From positions 1 through 64,000 of the forward strand of contig JAHBMJ010000057.1 in the NCBI GenBank assembly GCA_018398765.1: a stretch of DNA of 64,000 nucleotides, written 5' to 3'. A program made the translations under genes and the position numbers. Positions 38,061 through 48,315 of the stretch are shown here, piece after piece (the first letter of the stretch is position 1; each line of letters starts with the position of its first letter). Below the pieces are notes generated by a model, which searched no databases, was not told the DNA's origin, and saw nothing but the letters and a program-made list of their open reading frames with translations. Source of the stretch: Chromera velia (taxonomy: Eukaryota).

Positions 38061-38425
38061 CTGTCGTGACAAGAATTATTTACCCCTGACTATGCATTTT
38101 CGATCGATCGACTTTCACTTTACTCAGTGCACCCTTCGCCTTTGATGGATTCCGTCTTCCTCTCTTCTCTCTCGTTTTCTTCCCATCTTCTTCGCAGTTC
38201 ACACACAGGCATGCAGACATGCAAGGTAGGACAGTCGGATCGGGACGCAGACAGCCGGGTAGACAAGAAGGAAATAACGATGGAACATTGAAGCAAGGAG
38301 AAGCGCGGCTTGCGAAAGGAGAGCAACAGTGGCAGTATGTCATTTGACCTTTTGCCGTGAAGAGAACTGATCCGCCCCCTCAACACGCGACGAATGCCAC
38401 CCCTCTCTGATGTATGTGTGTCTGC

Positions 38426-38478
<53 letters not shown>

Positions 38479-39378
38479 TGTGTGTGTGTGCATATTGCGT
38501 GTGTATGCATTCTGGAATGTTGAGGAAGAGCCCGGAAGAGGCTTTGCCAGTTTTGAAAGAAAAAGATTGATTGTACAGGTCTGTCGAAGAAGCCAACAGA
38601 AAGGTTTTTTGTCTCTGGCCTTTGTAATACGTTTATCCCCTTTATTTTTCACTGTTCTACCCACTAACTTTGACTGAAAGCATTGAAGAAGTTCGGCTTC
38701 TTTTGAGAACCTTTATGGACTTTTAATTGCAAACAAAGTTAAAAACATTTTTGAACTCTTTTACACAAATTGAAAGATATTAAAAATTAATTTGAAAAAA
38801 GATATATTTAGTTATTTATGTGAAATAAAACACATTATGAGGCTTAAATAATATGAGCAAGTATCAGCAACTAGAGGGTAATAATATTAACACCGATGAA
38901 CAAGTCTTTAGACAAATAATTAATGATGTTAGGCAGTAAATTAAATGAATTCAGTGATAATAAAAAATGATCTAGAGAATGATGTTATATAAAGAGGGTG
39001 GCTAGGATGATCGTAGGTTAGCTACTAGCTCAGTTATTCTAAAATATCGTTATTTTAATTCCAAATCGCTGCATATATGTGCAACCGTCTGCGGACATGT
39101 AGCTAGGTACATCCAGAGAGGGGGAGGATGTTCCATAGAAAGACCAAGATATACGGTATAATAATCATCATACACCAAGACCAACTCAATTTGGCAAACC
39201 CATATAGCCAATTACGATCTAGATCTAGATCTAGATTACGATTGTGATTGCAAGTATGAAAAATATTTTTATCATGCAAACAGTTTTTTGATACTTACAA
39301 CATGTTTCTGATAATATTTGTGAAGTCTGTACAAATTTTTAAGTTCGTACGCGCCACCGACTAGGCCACCGATTACGT

Positions 39379-39465
39379 TTGCAAAAAATATGAAATTTCA
39401 AAGCCGAGAGGCCCCGGAAACCCAAAAAATTGAATCCCGATTTTGAAATTTCATATTTTTTGCAA
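39379..39465. repeat. Perfect 24-bp inverted repeat with 39-bp spacer
   Basis: TTGCAAAAAATATGAAATTTCAAA (39379-39402) and TTTGAAATTTCATATTTTTTGCAA (39442-39465). Confidence 0.9.
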
Positions 39466-39475
39466 CGCCCACGAA

Positions 39476-39641
39476 ACAAAGAAAAAGAAAGAAAGAAAAA
39501 AAAAAAGAAAGAAAGAAAGAAAGGAAGGAAAGAAGGAAGGAAAAGAAAGAAAGAAAAAAAAGGAAGGAAGGAAAGAAAGAAAGAAAGAAAGAAAGAAAGA
39601 AAAAAGAAAGAAAAAGAAAGAAAGAAAAAGAAAGAAAGAAA

Positions 39642-39672
<31 letters not shown>

Positions 39673-40524
39673 GAAGAAAGGAAGGAAGAAAGGAAGGAAG
39701 GAAGAAAAAGAAAGAAAAAAAAAAAGAAAGAAAGAAAGGAAGGAAGGAAAAGAAAGAAAGAAAGAAAAAAAAGGAAAGAAAGGAAGAAAGCAAAAGAAAG
39801 AAAGAAAGAAAGAAAGAAAGGAAGAAAGGAAGAAAGGAAGAAAGGAGGGAAGAAAAAGAAAGAAAAAAAAAAGAAAGAAAAAAAGAAAGAAAGGAAGGAA
39901 GAAAGGAAGGAAGGAAGGAAGGAAGGAAAAGAAAGAAAGAAAAAAAAGGAAAGAAAGCAAGAAAGAAAAAGAAAGAAAGAAAGAAAGAAAGGAAGAAAGA
40001 AAGGAAGGAAGGAAGGAAGGAAGAAAGAAAAGAAAGGAAACAAAGGAAGAAAGGAAGAAAGAAAAAGAAAGAAAGAAAGAAAGAAAGAAAGGAAGAAAGA
40101 AAGCAAGCAAGGAAGGAAGAAAAATAAATAAATAAATAAAGAAAGAAAGAAAGAAAGCAAGGAAGGAAAGAAGGAAGGAAGAAAAGAAAGGAGGGAAGGA
40201 AGAAAGCTAGAAAGAAAAAAAGAAAGAGCGAAAGGAAGAAAGCTACGAAGGAAGGAAGAAAAAGAAAGAAAAAAGAAAGAAAAGAAAGAAAGAAAGAAAG
40301 AAAGAAAAGAAAGAAAGAAAGAAAGAAAGCTAGGAAGGAAGAAGGAAGGAAGGAAGGAAGGAAGGAAGGAAGAAAAAGAAAGAAAGAAAGAAAGGAAAGA
40401 AAGAAAGAAAGAAAGAAAGAAAGAAGGAAAGAAAGAAAGAAAAAAAGAAAGAAAGACAGAAAGAAAGAAAGAAAGCTAGGAAGGAAGGAAGGAAGGAAAA
40501 GAAAGAAAGAAAGAAAGAAAGCTA

Positions 40525-40562
<38 letters not shown>

Positions 40563-40890
40563 AAAAAAGAAAAAAAGAAAAGAAAAGAAAAGAAAGACAA
40601 CAAGCCAGGATTTCTGGCCCAAGAAAGTGAGAGAACAATGCTGATTCATTGATGAACGAAGAACGAGCGAATGAGCAAAACTTGCAAAACTTGCTGCAAA
40701 GGGAAGTAAGCAAGCAAGCCAGCCAGCAAGCGAGCAAGATCAAGCAAGCAAGCAAGAAGGAAAGAAAGAAAGCAAAGAAGGAAGGAAGGAAGGAAGGAAG
40801 AAAGAAAGAAAAAGAAGAAAGGAAGAAAAGAAGGGCGGAAGAAGAGACGATAGAAAGGAAGAAAAGAAGGATGGAATGAAGGAAGGGGGG
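39476..40890. repeat. Long polypurine (GAAA/GGAA) low-complexity tract, ~1.1 kb core plus a second GA-rich block
   Basis: Almost only A and G on the plus strand from ~39476 to ~40600, resuming at ~40740-40890. Confidence 0.95.
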
Positions 40891-41234
40891 TAACATATAT
40901 CTGAAGGCCGCAAACATGTGTTATCCGGCTGAAAAATGAACACACAGGTCCTCGAAGCCAAGAGACAAGTACGTCACAGATCTGTTGAGAAACTTTCGTC
41001 GCCATCCAAACAGCAGCTCGAGCCGACAGTCGCAGCATCACCCTAGTCCGTGCTCCAGTCAGTGACAGAAAAAGTATCCACCCTCTTAACACCTTTCTTT
41101 TCCTGTATCAGTCATGGAACACTGCCCATATTCGATAGGTTGAGAGAACTGCAAAGAACATGAACGGACTGACACGCACATTATCACACTCTTACTCACA
41201 CTCAGACGAAGACACTGGCATGGTCGTCTCTCAA

Positions 41235-42062
41235 TCAACCGGCCTCCTTCGTCTTTCTGGTGCCCCCTCCCTCTCCTTCTTCCCCCTTGGCCCAAGCGTT
41301 CTTCTTCTCCTTCTCCTTCCCATCCCCCGTCCCCTTTGTCTCTGTGTCTCCCTTCCCCCCCCCTCGTTGCTGAGAAGGGGGAGGGGGCGGCGGAGTAGCC
41401 AAAATGCCGTTGCCCCCCCCACTCGCTGTACTGCCTTGTGGGAGAGGGCTGGACCCCGGAGAGGACGACGCGCCCCCCCCGGCCCCGTTGGTCAACGACT
41501 GTTCCCTCTTCACCTTGTCCCTCTGGATTTGGTCTTTTGTTCCCTGCAACACCTTCTTGATCCTCTCCAGCTTCCTCGTGTCTGAACCCTCTACCAGACT
41601 GCAATCCTCTGGGGAGTAGGGGGGGGAGATGCGCGTCCCTAGGACCACAATGCTCTGGCCCTCCCAACGGCAGTCGGGGTGGGTCTTGAAGAGACGGTCA
41701 AACAGCAACTGCGTCTCCGCAGAGACCCCCACACCCCATCGCCCAGCAGAAGCAAGCCGCTGTTGGAGTGCGGCGTCGGCACGTGCTTGGAGGACCTTTG
41801 GGTCGACGCCAGAGGGTGCGGGCACATGGGGAGGGGGCGCTTCCTCGACCCTCATCGTTCTGATCATTTTGCTGTTGATCATGTGATAGTGGCAGTGATC
41901 CTTCTCAGCATTTCGCCGCTCCTTCAGAATCACCGTCTCGGAATTATTCACATCGTGAGCGAACAACTCCCCCTCAAACTCCTGTCCGTGCACAGTGACG
42001 ATCTTCAGAGTCATGCCCAGAAAGTTCCCAGAGGCGGGGAGGGCGTTGATGTTCTGCGACAT
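41235..42062 (-). CDS. LSM12: LSM12-like protein (N-terminal LSm domain plus anticodon-binding-like AD domain), 275 aa
   Basis: LSm fold: LGMTLKIVTVHGQEFEGELFAHD..ILKE..HMINSKMI. AD domain: GVGVSAETQLLFDRLFKTHPDCRWEGQSIVVLGTRISPPYSPEDC..LERIKKVL. Single coding exon. Confidence 0.88.
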   Translation of the reverse strand: MSQNINALPASGNFLGMTLKIVTVHGQEFEGELFAHDVNNSETVILKERRNAEKDHCHYHMINSKMIRTMRVEEAPPPHVPAPSGVDPKVLQARADAALQQRLASAGRWGVGVSAETQLLFDRLFKTHPDCRWEGQSIVVLGTRISPPYSPEDCSLVEGSDTRKLERIKKVLQGTKDQIQRDKVKREQSLTNGAGGGASSSPGSSPLPQGSTASGGGNGILATPPPPPPSQQRGGGKGDTETKGTGDGKEKEKKNAWAKGEEGEGGGTRKTKEAG

Positions 42063-42682
42063 CTTTCGTCACACGGGAAGGGGAAAGAAGAAATCACAAC
42101 GGAGACGTGCACACAAAAAGACAAAAGCTGTCCATGACCAGCCCTGCAGCTGCCGTGGAGATGATGGTACGTAAAAAGCAGAGTTTGGTCACGACAGGAC
42201 CGACAGAAGTGAGGACAGCAGAAGAGTCTGGGAAGACAGGCAGAGGATGGAAGAGGAATCATTGCACACACTCTGAAAGTCTAATTGTGAAGTTTTCAAG
42301 CTGCATGGAGACATCGACATGCAGTGCGCGCAATTAACACGACACATGCAAATTTTGTCAAACCTTTCCGCGCGGGCCCGCGGCTTTCGACTCAAGTTTC
42401 GAGTGGATCGATCGATATCCTGAGTTTACTAGCTGCTTACCTTGTGACAGGCTTGTGTTGCCGATAGACCGTCCAAGATTTCTTCACGGATTTGCTCCAT
42501 CCGATTTGGACCCTTCGACGCCTTGAAACTTGCCCACCTCTCTGTGGCTGACCCTGCCCGCCCTTCCGCATTTCAACAACAGTCCCTCCACTCCTTTGTT
42601 TACGCACTGAGTTGTATCGGTTGGAAGTGGAAACTTGCAGACAGAAGCAGGAAGCCAGCGAAGAAGAATTCAAGGGGCAACG
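42063..42682. promoter_or_regulatory. 620-bp divergent region between LSM12 and PRA1; probable bidirectional promoter with a 5'-UTR intron in LSM12
   Basis: Head-to-head ATGs. On the minus strand there is a GTAAGC donor near 42440 and an AG immediately before the LSM12 ATG. Confidence 0.5.
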
Positions 42683-43897
42683 ATGATGGCCTCACAACCA
42701 GACACCTCTTCATCCGTCGGGTCCAGCTCCTCCAAGATGATTGAACAGGTACGTACGGAAACTCACAATCTGATCCAATGCGGAGGGTGATCGTATCTAT
42801 TCCTAATTGTGATCACCTCCTCCGTTCTCTACTTTCGTGCCTGCTTGCCTGCCCGCGTGTCTGGTAGCCAGCCTGGCTGTCTACCCATCTACCTACCTGC
42901 CTGTTTGTTTGTCTGTCATACCATCTGCCGGCCTGCCGAATCGTAGTATTTACCTGTCTGCCTGCCTGCCTGCCTGCCCGTCTACCTACCTGCCTGTTTG
43001 TTTGTCTGTCATACCATCTGCCGGCCTGCCGAATCGTAGTATTTGCCTGCCTGCCCGTCTACCTACCTACCAGCCTCTTAGTTTGCTCCTTGCTCCCCGT
43101 CTACCCACTTGCCTGTCTGCCCGTCTACACACCTACCTTATCGGTTATCTGCATGCGCCTTCATCTGTTTCGTCCTCTGTCTTGCCCCCTCTCTTCCGTT
43201 CTGCCTGCCTGCCTGCTTGCCTGCCTGCCTGCATGCTTCTGAGTATGTGTCCGTCTCTTTGTCAGCATGCCTGCATGCTTGTCTCTTTGATGCACGACAA
43301 CCAGGTGGGCAAACGTCCCCTCCAGGAGAGAGAGACGCGAACACAGTCCACGCATTCATTTGCACTCATTAATAATCGACCCGGGTGTCCTCTGCATGCA
43401 TGTGCACTGTGCAGTTGGGGCAGACGGTGAAGGAGCAGTTGTCTTCCGTGAGGAAGTGGGACGGGGACTTTGTGACGAAGGAGGCGTTCTCTTGGCCTCA
43501 AACGGGGGCTCAGGCAAAGGACAGAATGGAGGGGAACTTGAAATTCTTCGCTGCGAACTACGCAGTGATTGTGTGCGTGCTGATGTTGACTGTGCTGTTG
43601 CTGAATCCCTTTCTCTTCCTAGTGGGTGCCCTGGTGTTGGGGCTCCACATAGGTGTGCAGATGAGCAAGCTGGACACGCAGCCTGTGGTGGTGGGGGGGC
43701 AGAAGGTCGGCAAGATGCAGGCGCAGATAATCGTGTCTGTACTCTCTGTATTGATCCTTCTGTACTTTGCGGGGACGTTGATCTTTGCGCTTCTTGGCGT
43801 GTCTGTTTTTGTGGTCGGTCTCCACGCTGTGCTTCACCAGGGCAGCAAGCACAAGGAGCCGGACGAGGAGAGTCCCGTGGGGGATGAGCAGGCGTGA
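42683..43897 (+). CDS. PRA1: PRA1-family (prenylated Rab acceptor) membrane protein, 2 exons, ~182 aa
   Basis: Exons 42683-42748 and 43415-43897 (GT..AG, phase 0). FSWP..AKDRMEGNLKFFAANY motif, four hydrophobic segments and VVGLHAVLH near the C-terminus. Confidence 0.87.
42888..43044. repeat. Intronic ~63-bp direct repeat (2 copies) within CCTG-rich sequence
   Basis: TCTACCTACCTGCCTGTTTGTTTGTCTGTCATACCATCTGCCGGCCTGCCGAATCGTAGTATTT at ~42888 and ~42981. Confidence 0.88.
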
Positions 43898-45325
43898 GTG
43901 AGGAGAGCTAGGGGAGATTCATTGTGAGGGCATGCATCACCCCTGTCTGGTGTTCCCTTCAGATCGGAGTCGGAGGACCGGATTTAAAGTCGTCGTCATT
44001 GAATGACAGATCGATCGCACCTCTTTGAATTAATTTCACCACCTGTACAGAATAAGTCGAGCCAATGCATGACAGAATTCATGGAGAAAAAGAAAATTGG
44101 CGGGATGGAGGGACTTAGGCCAAGAGGGAGTCAGAGACACATGCAGAGTCTGATAGACAGGAAGCACGATTGATTGTTGATTCTCCCTCTCTTTATCCAT
44201 TTGTTCACGTTTCCCTCTTTGTTCTCTGAAGAAGATTTCTAGGAAGATTTTGTATTGTGTATGTATAATTGACCTAAGCCTTGTCCTAGTAAGGAATTTA
44301 AAGAATATCATGTGTTATATAATTTATAATGTAAGTGTAGAAATAATACTTCAGATGATCTATGAGATGATCCCATGCAGTCAGCTGGTAGCTGCTGCTG
44401 CCCGGCTGTATGATTGTAACTCAGATTGTTGTATTACATTAAAAAGACTTGCATTATTAGAGAGACACTCAGAGACTTAAACTCAGACTTTAAGAGAGAA
44501 ATAAGAAATATAATTCAAATTTTTGCTAATTTTTGCATAGAAACAGCTTCAACAGTTAATTTTAAATTTAGTTCCAAATCATATGGTTGTATTTTATTTT
44601 TTGAATTGCACTTCAGTTTTGAATTTTCATACTTCAAAAAGACTTTCTAGTTTTAATTGGTAATAGTGATAGTGATTGGTCTAGGAGTGGTCTTTAGACA
44701 GATTTTCTTTTAGTTTAGATTTTTTACCCCCTCCAAACTAATATATTGATCTATCCCAAAAATAAAAAAAAAATATGTAAAAAATCTGTCTAGTAAAAAC
44801 GTATGGCCTGAGCGTCGGCCTTTCAACCAGCTTCAATTCAATGCTTCGGACGAGGCTTTGGAGCAGCTAAATTTAACGCTCGCCTGCAGACAAGGAGTTG
44901 GGTGCTCTCTTTATCCTCGTTCATCGCAGCGGGGCATTTCTGTTCTCCCTCTGATGCGCCTGCAGGTCTGCACTCTCTGCTTACAGATCTTCGGAGTTAC
45001 CCCGTTTAGATTAGTTAGATTAGTTAGATATTTTTTTTTTTTGAAAATCTAATATAAATAATCTATCTAGCGATCACCCCTAGTGATTGGTGCTCTAGAT
45101 AGTTAGTTTCTAAAGTTTATTATAAAGTTTACAGTAATTTTTACTAGATTTCAAAGTTTCAATTACGAGATTTTAAGGACAAGGCTTCCGAAAAGCTCTA
45201 ATACGGAGAACTTCCCCCGGGAGAAGCCATCTAGAATAGGAAGCCATGAGATAGCCCGAGCACGCAATTAAGCGCTAATGATTCATGGCAATTTCATGCA
45301 GTCGGACACTGCAGCAGTCATTGAA

Positions 45326-45397
45326 TCACCGAAATGGGTTCCACCATTGTCTCATCTTCTCTGCCGCCTTGTTTGATGTCTCTACATTCTCTCCGAC

Positions 45398-45432
<35 letters not shown>

Positions 45433-45480
45433 CACACACACACATGCACGCACACACATAGACACACACACACACGCGCG

Positions 45481-45525
<45 letters not shown>

Positions 45526-46732
45526 ACAAACAAACAAACAAACAAAGAAAGAAAGAAAGGGAGAGAGAGAGGCAGGTGGCAGGTGATCACCTATGGATGA
45601 CGTGCGTGCATCGTCTTCGCCCAACTCGACACAGCAAGAAGCGGCACCAATTCGCTCAAGATCCCAGGCTGTGTCATTGAATGCCATCCAACAAGAAGAG
45701 ATGAGGTGTTGCCTCTTTCAAAGTGACATTGAATTCAGCATACTCTCTGATCGACTGACCTGCTTCATTTTTGCCCGACTCGCCTCGATCACCTCCCGCT
45801 GCCGCCTCAACTCAGCCACCGTCTCCGTTGCATGCGCCCCCGTTTCTGCGATCGTGCGGCAGGCCTGCTCCAGTTGGTGCGTCTGTCTGTAAGCACGGCC
45901 CTCCACCCTGGAAATTGACGGTTCTTTGCCTTTCTCCTCTGTCTCCCCCTGCTTGGGCGTGCCTCCTCTCGACGCCACGGAGTCCATGGCGGCTGCTGCG
46001 GCGGCGGAGAGTTTGGACTCCGCCGTCTCCCATTGCTGAGCGAGTTGCGCTCTCACGGGGGGGTCCATGGTCTGAAATCTCATGCGGAGATCTCGGAGCG
46101 ATGCTGCATGCATTCATTTTCATACAGAAAAGAATACAGAAAAGAAATGTTTTCATACAGAAAAGAATACAGAAAAGAATACAGAAAAGAAATGTACGAA
46201 AATGAATGCACGGGGGGGTTCCATGAATGCATTTGGAAGAAGACGAAATGCTTGCAAGGGAGCGTTGCTGCATTGATGGCACAAAGATTTGAGGAAGCGG
46301 GTCCGTCCAAGGATGCCTTTTGGGGAAATGTTTAGTTCCTTTCGCAGCTTCGTGCAATTATTCCTTGCTTCCCTCCTTCCCTCCTCTCTTCCTTCCTTCC
46401 CTCCTTCGTTCGTTCCCTTTTTCTTCCGTATTCCTTTCATTCACTCATCCATTTTTTGCTTCGTTGTTACATTCAGCCGTCCTTCTTCTGTTTCTCTCCC
46501 CCCCCCCCTACTTTTCTTTCTTTTTTCTTTCCCACCTCGCTTGCATTGATTCATGGATTGATTGATCCATTCATTCATTCAACTACTCATTCGCCCCTTC
46601 GTTCTTTCTTCCTTCCTTCCTTCCTTCCTTCCTTTTTTCTCTTCCTTTTTTTCTTTCTCTCTTTTTTTATTTCTTTGCTTATTTATTATTTTCTTTCTAC
46701 TATCTCCCTTTCTTCCCTTCTTCCTTCCTTCC

Positions 46733-46769
<37 letters not shown>

Positions 46770-46844
46770 GTCATTCTTCCGTTCTCTCTCGCTCTCGCTC
46801 TCGCTCTCGCTCTCGCTCTCGCTCTCGCTCTCGCTCTCGCTCTC

Positions 46845-46895
<51 letters not shown>

Positions 46896-47621
46896 TTTTT
46901 TTTAAGACCCTTTCCTTTCCTTTCCTTTCCTTTTTTCTTTCTTTCTTTCTTTCCTTCCTTTCTTTCTTTCTTCCTTTCTTCCTTCCTTCCTTGCTTCCTT
47001 CCTTTCTTCCTTCCTTCTCATGGATTGTCCGATGCAATGCTATTCTGGCGGACAGTCATTCTTGCCGTTTTGCCGCGCCCGAGTTTCGCGCCCGAGTTTT
47101 TCCTTCGCAAAATGGCTGACTCGGGTGCGAAACTGGGGCGCGGCAAAACGGCAAGAATGACTGTCCGCCATAATATTGGTGATGGGTACATGGGGGGATG
47201 TGGGAGAAGAGGAGGAAAGCAGTCCGAACAGCATTTGGGGTCTATGTGTGCGTCGCAGGTTCGTTGATGTTTCGTTCTCTTCTCTGAGACTCCAGTTGGG
47301 GCCCGTTTATGCTCATCTACATCCAGTGGAGATATGTCAGTATACAGAAGTGTTGGGCGGCTTCTCTCTCTCTCTCTCTGCGGCTTTCTTTCTCTCTGCC
47401 CCCCTTCTCTTCCCCGTCTCCCCAACATGTTGTGCACCACTTTGTGCCTTGAATGACATTGTCATCCCCTCAGGTTATTCTTGCCTACCTGTGATTTGTT
47501 TGTTGATTTGCCTTGCCCGTTGCAACTTCATGCCAGAGCTGGGGTCCTCTGCCTCCCTCTGGAAGTCCTTCACCTGTCCTTCCAACTCCTCCAAAGATTC
47601 CAGGAAGTCTTCGCGATCCAT
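45326..47621 (-). CDS. Vti1-like Qb-SNARE, 3 exons, ~182 aa, no C-terminal TM helix visible
   Basis: Exons 47621-47489, 46103-45760, 45397-45326, phases consistent. N-terminal helical (Habc-like) region. SNARE motif [58 protein letters not shown] with the Vti1-type L..QRE.I zero layer. Ends QWWNPFR*. Confidence 0.78.
46109..46210. mobile_element. Type I palindromic element abutting the acceptor of Vti1-like exon 2
   Basis: Arms TGCATTCATTTTCATACA and TGTACGAAAATGAATGCA pair at 17/18, with internal (ATACAGAAAAGA)n repeats. Confidence 0.55.
46600..47020. repeat. Polypyrimidine tract (CTTT/CCTT, (CT)n, (CTCTCG)n) in intron 1 of the Vti1-like gene
   Basis: Directly visible simple repeats. Confidence 0.92.
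47046..47170. repeat. Long near-perfect inverted repeat (~52-bp arms, ~20-nt loop), MITE-like hairpin
   Basis: TGGCGGACAGTCATTCTTGCCGTTTTGCCGCGCCCGAGTTTCGCGCCCGAGT pairs with ACTCGGGTGCGAAACTGGGGCGCGGCAAAACGGCAAGAATGACTGTCCGCCA, about 2 mismatches. Confidence 0.9.
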
Positions 47622-48315
47622 TGGAAGACCAGTGAGTGAACTCCACTCTGATGCAGTGAGCTGGTAGACGCGCGAAGGAAGGAACAGGCAACACGGAAAA
47701 ATAGAGACGGCCACAGTACTGGATCGAAGTGCAAAAGAACCTCAAATCTGTCAACAATTTAAAGACAATGAAACACTGACAGAGCTCAGCGCTGCACTGG
47801 CAGAAAAGAAATCAAGATGGTTGCAACGAGAGGGGTAGACCGGCAGAAGACGCGAAGCAATGTGTCAGGGTCAAGTCTCGACTTTGATGTAGACGGCTCA
47901 TGACGGATCTATTTTTTGTGGCTTTGGAATTCGCAAAATTTCGCAAAGGCTCCCGGCATGCCATGCACCCGGCCTCGTATACACACATGCAGACACAACT
48001 CTTTGTGCCGGGGCCCCTCTGGGTCACAGCGGATCAGATCGCATGATCGTCTTTCCTGAGTTTGTTCTCTTAATTCGCTTCTCTGAGTCCACTGAGGAAA
48101 CGCGTTGATTCGCGTCACAAAGTGCGCATTCTGGTTCAGTATGGACGGAAGGAGCCTCGTGTCAGATCTTTTAAGGCGAGCTCCACCATTTCTCGAAGCA
48201 AATGAGGAATCTCCAGACGATCCATCTAGGATCGATCAGACTGATGACTGAATGATCGGCAGTCCCAAATTTGAGCTTCATTTGGTTGAATCTGAAAAGA
48301 GGAGAGGACGCTTCA
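47622..48315. promoter_or_regulatory. ~700-bp divergent region between the Vti1-like gene and the calpain gene
   Basis: Head-to-head arrangement only. Confidence 0.45.

Noticed and set aside
39339..40917. Long K/R/E-rich and F/L/S-rich ORFs (up to 401 aa)
   Set aside because: Translations of the GA/CT simple-sequence tract, open in several frames on both strands only because stop codons are lacking.
42683..47621. PRA1 next to a SNARE as a vesicle-trafficking cluster
   Set aside because: Only two convergent genes with separate promoters. Chance adjacency is sufficient.
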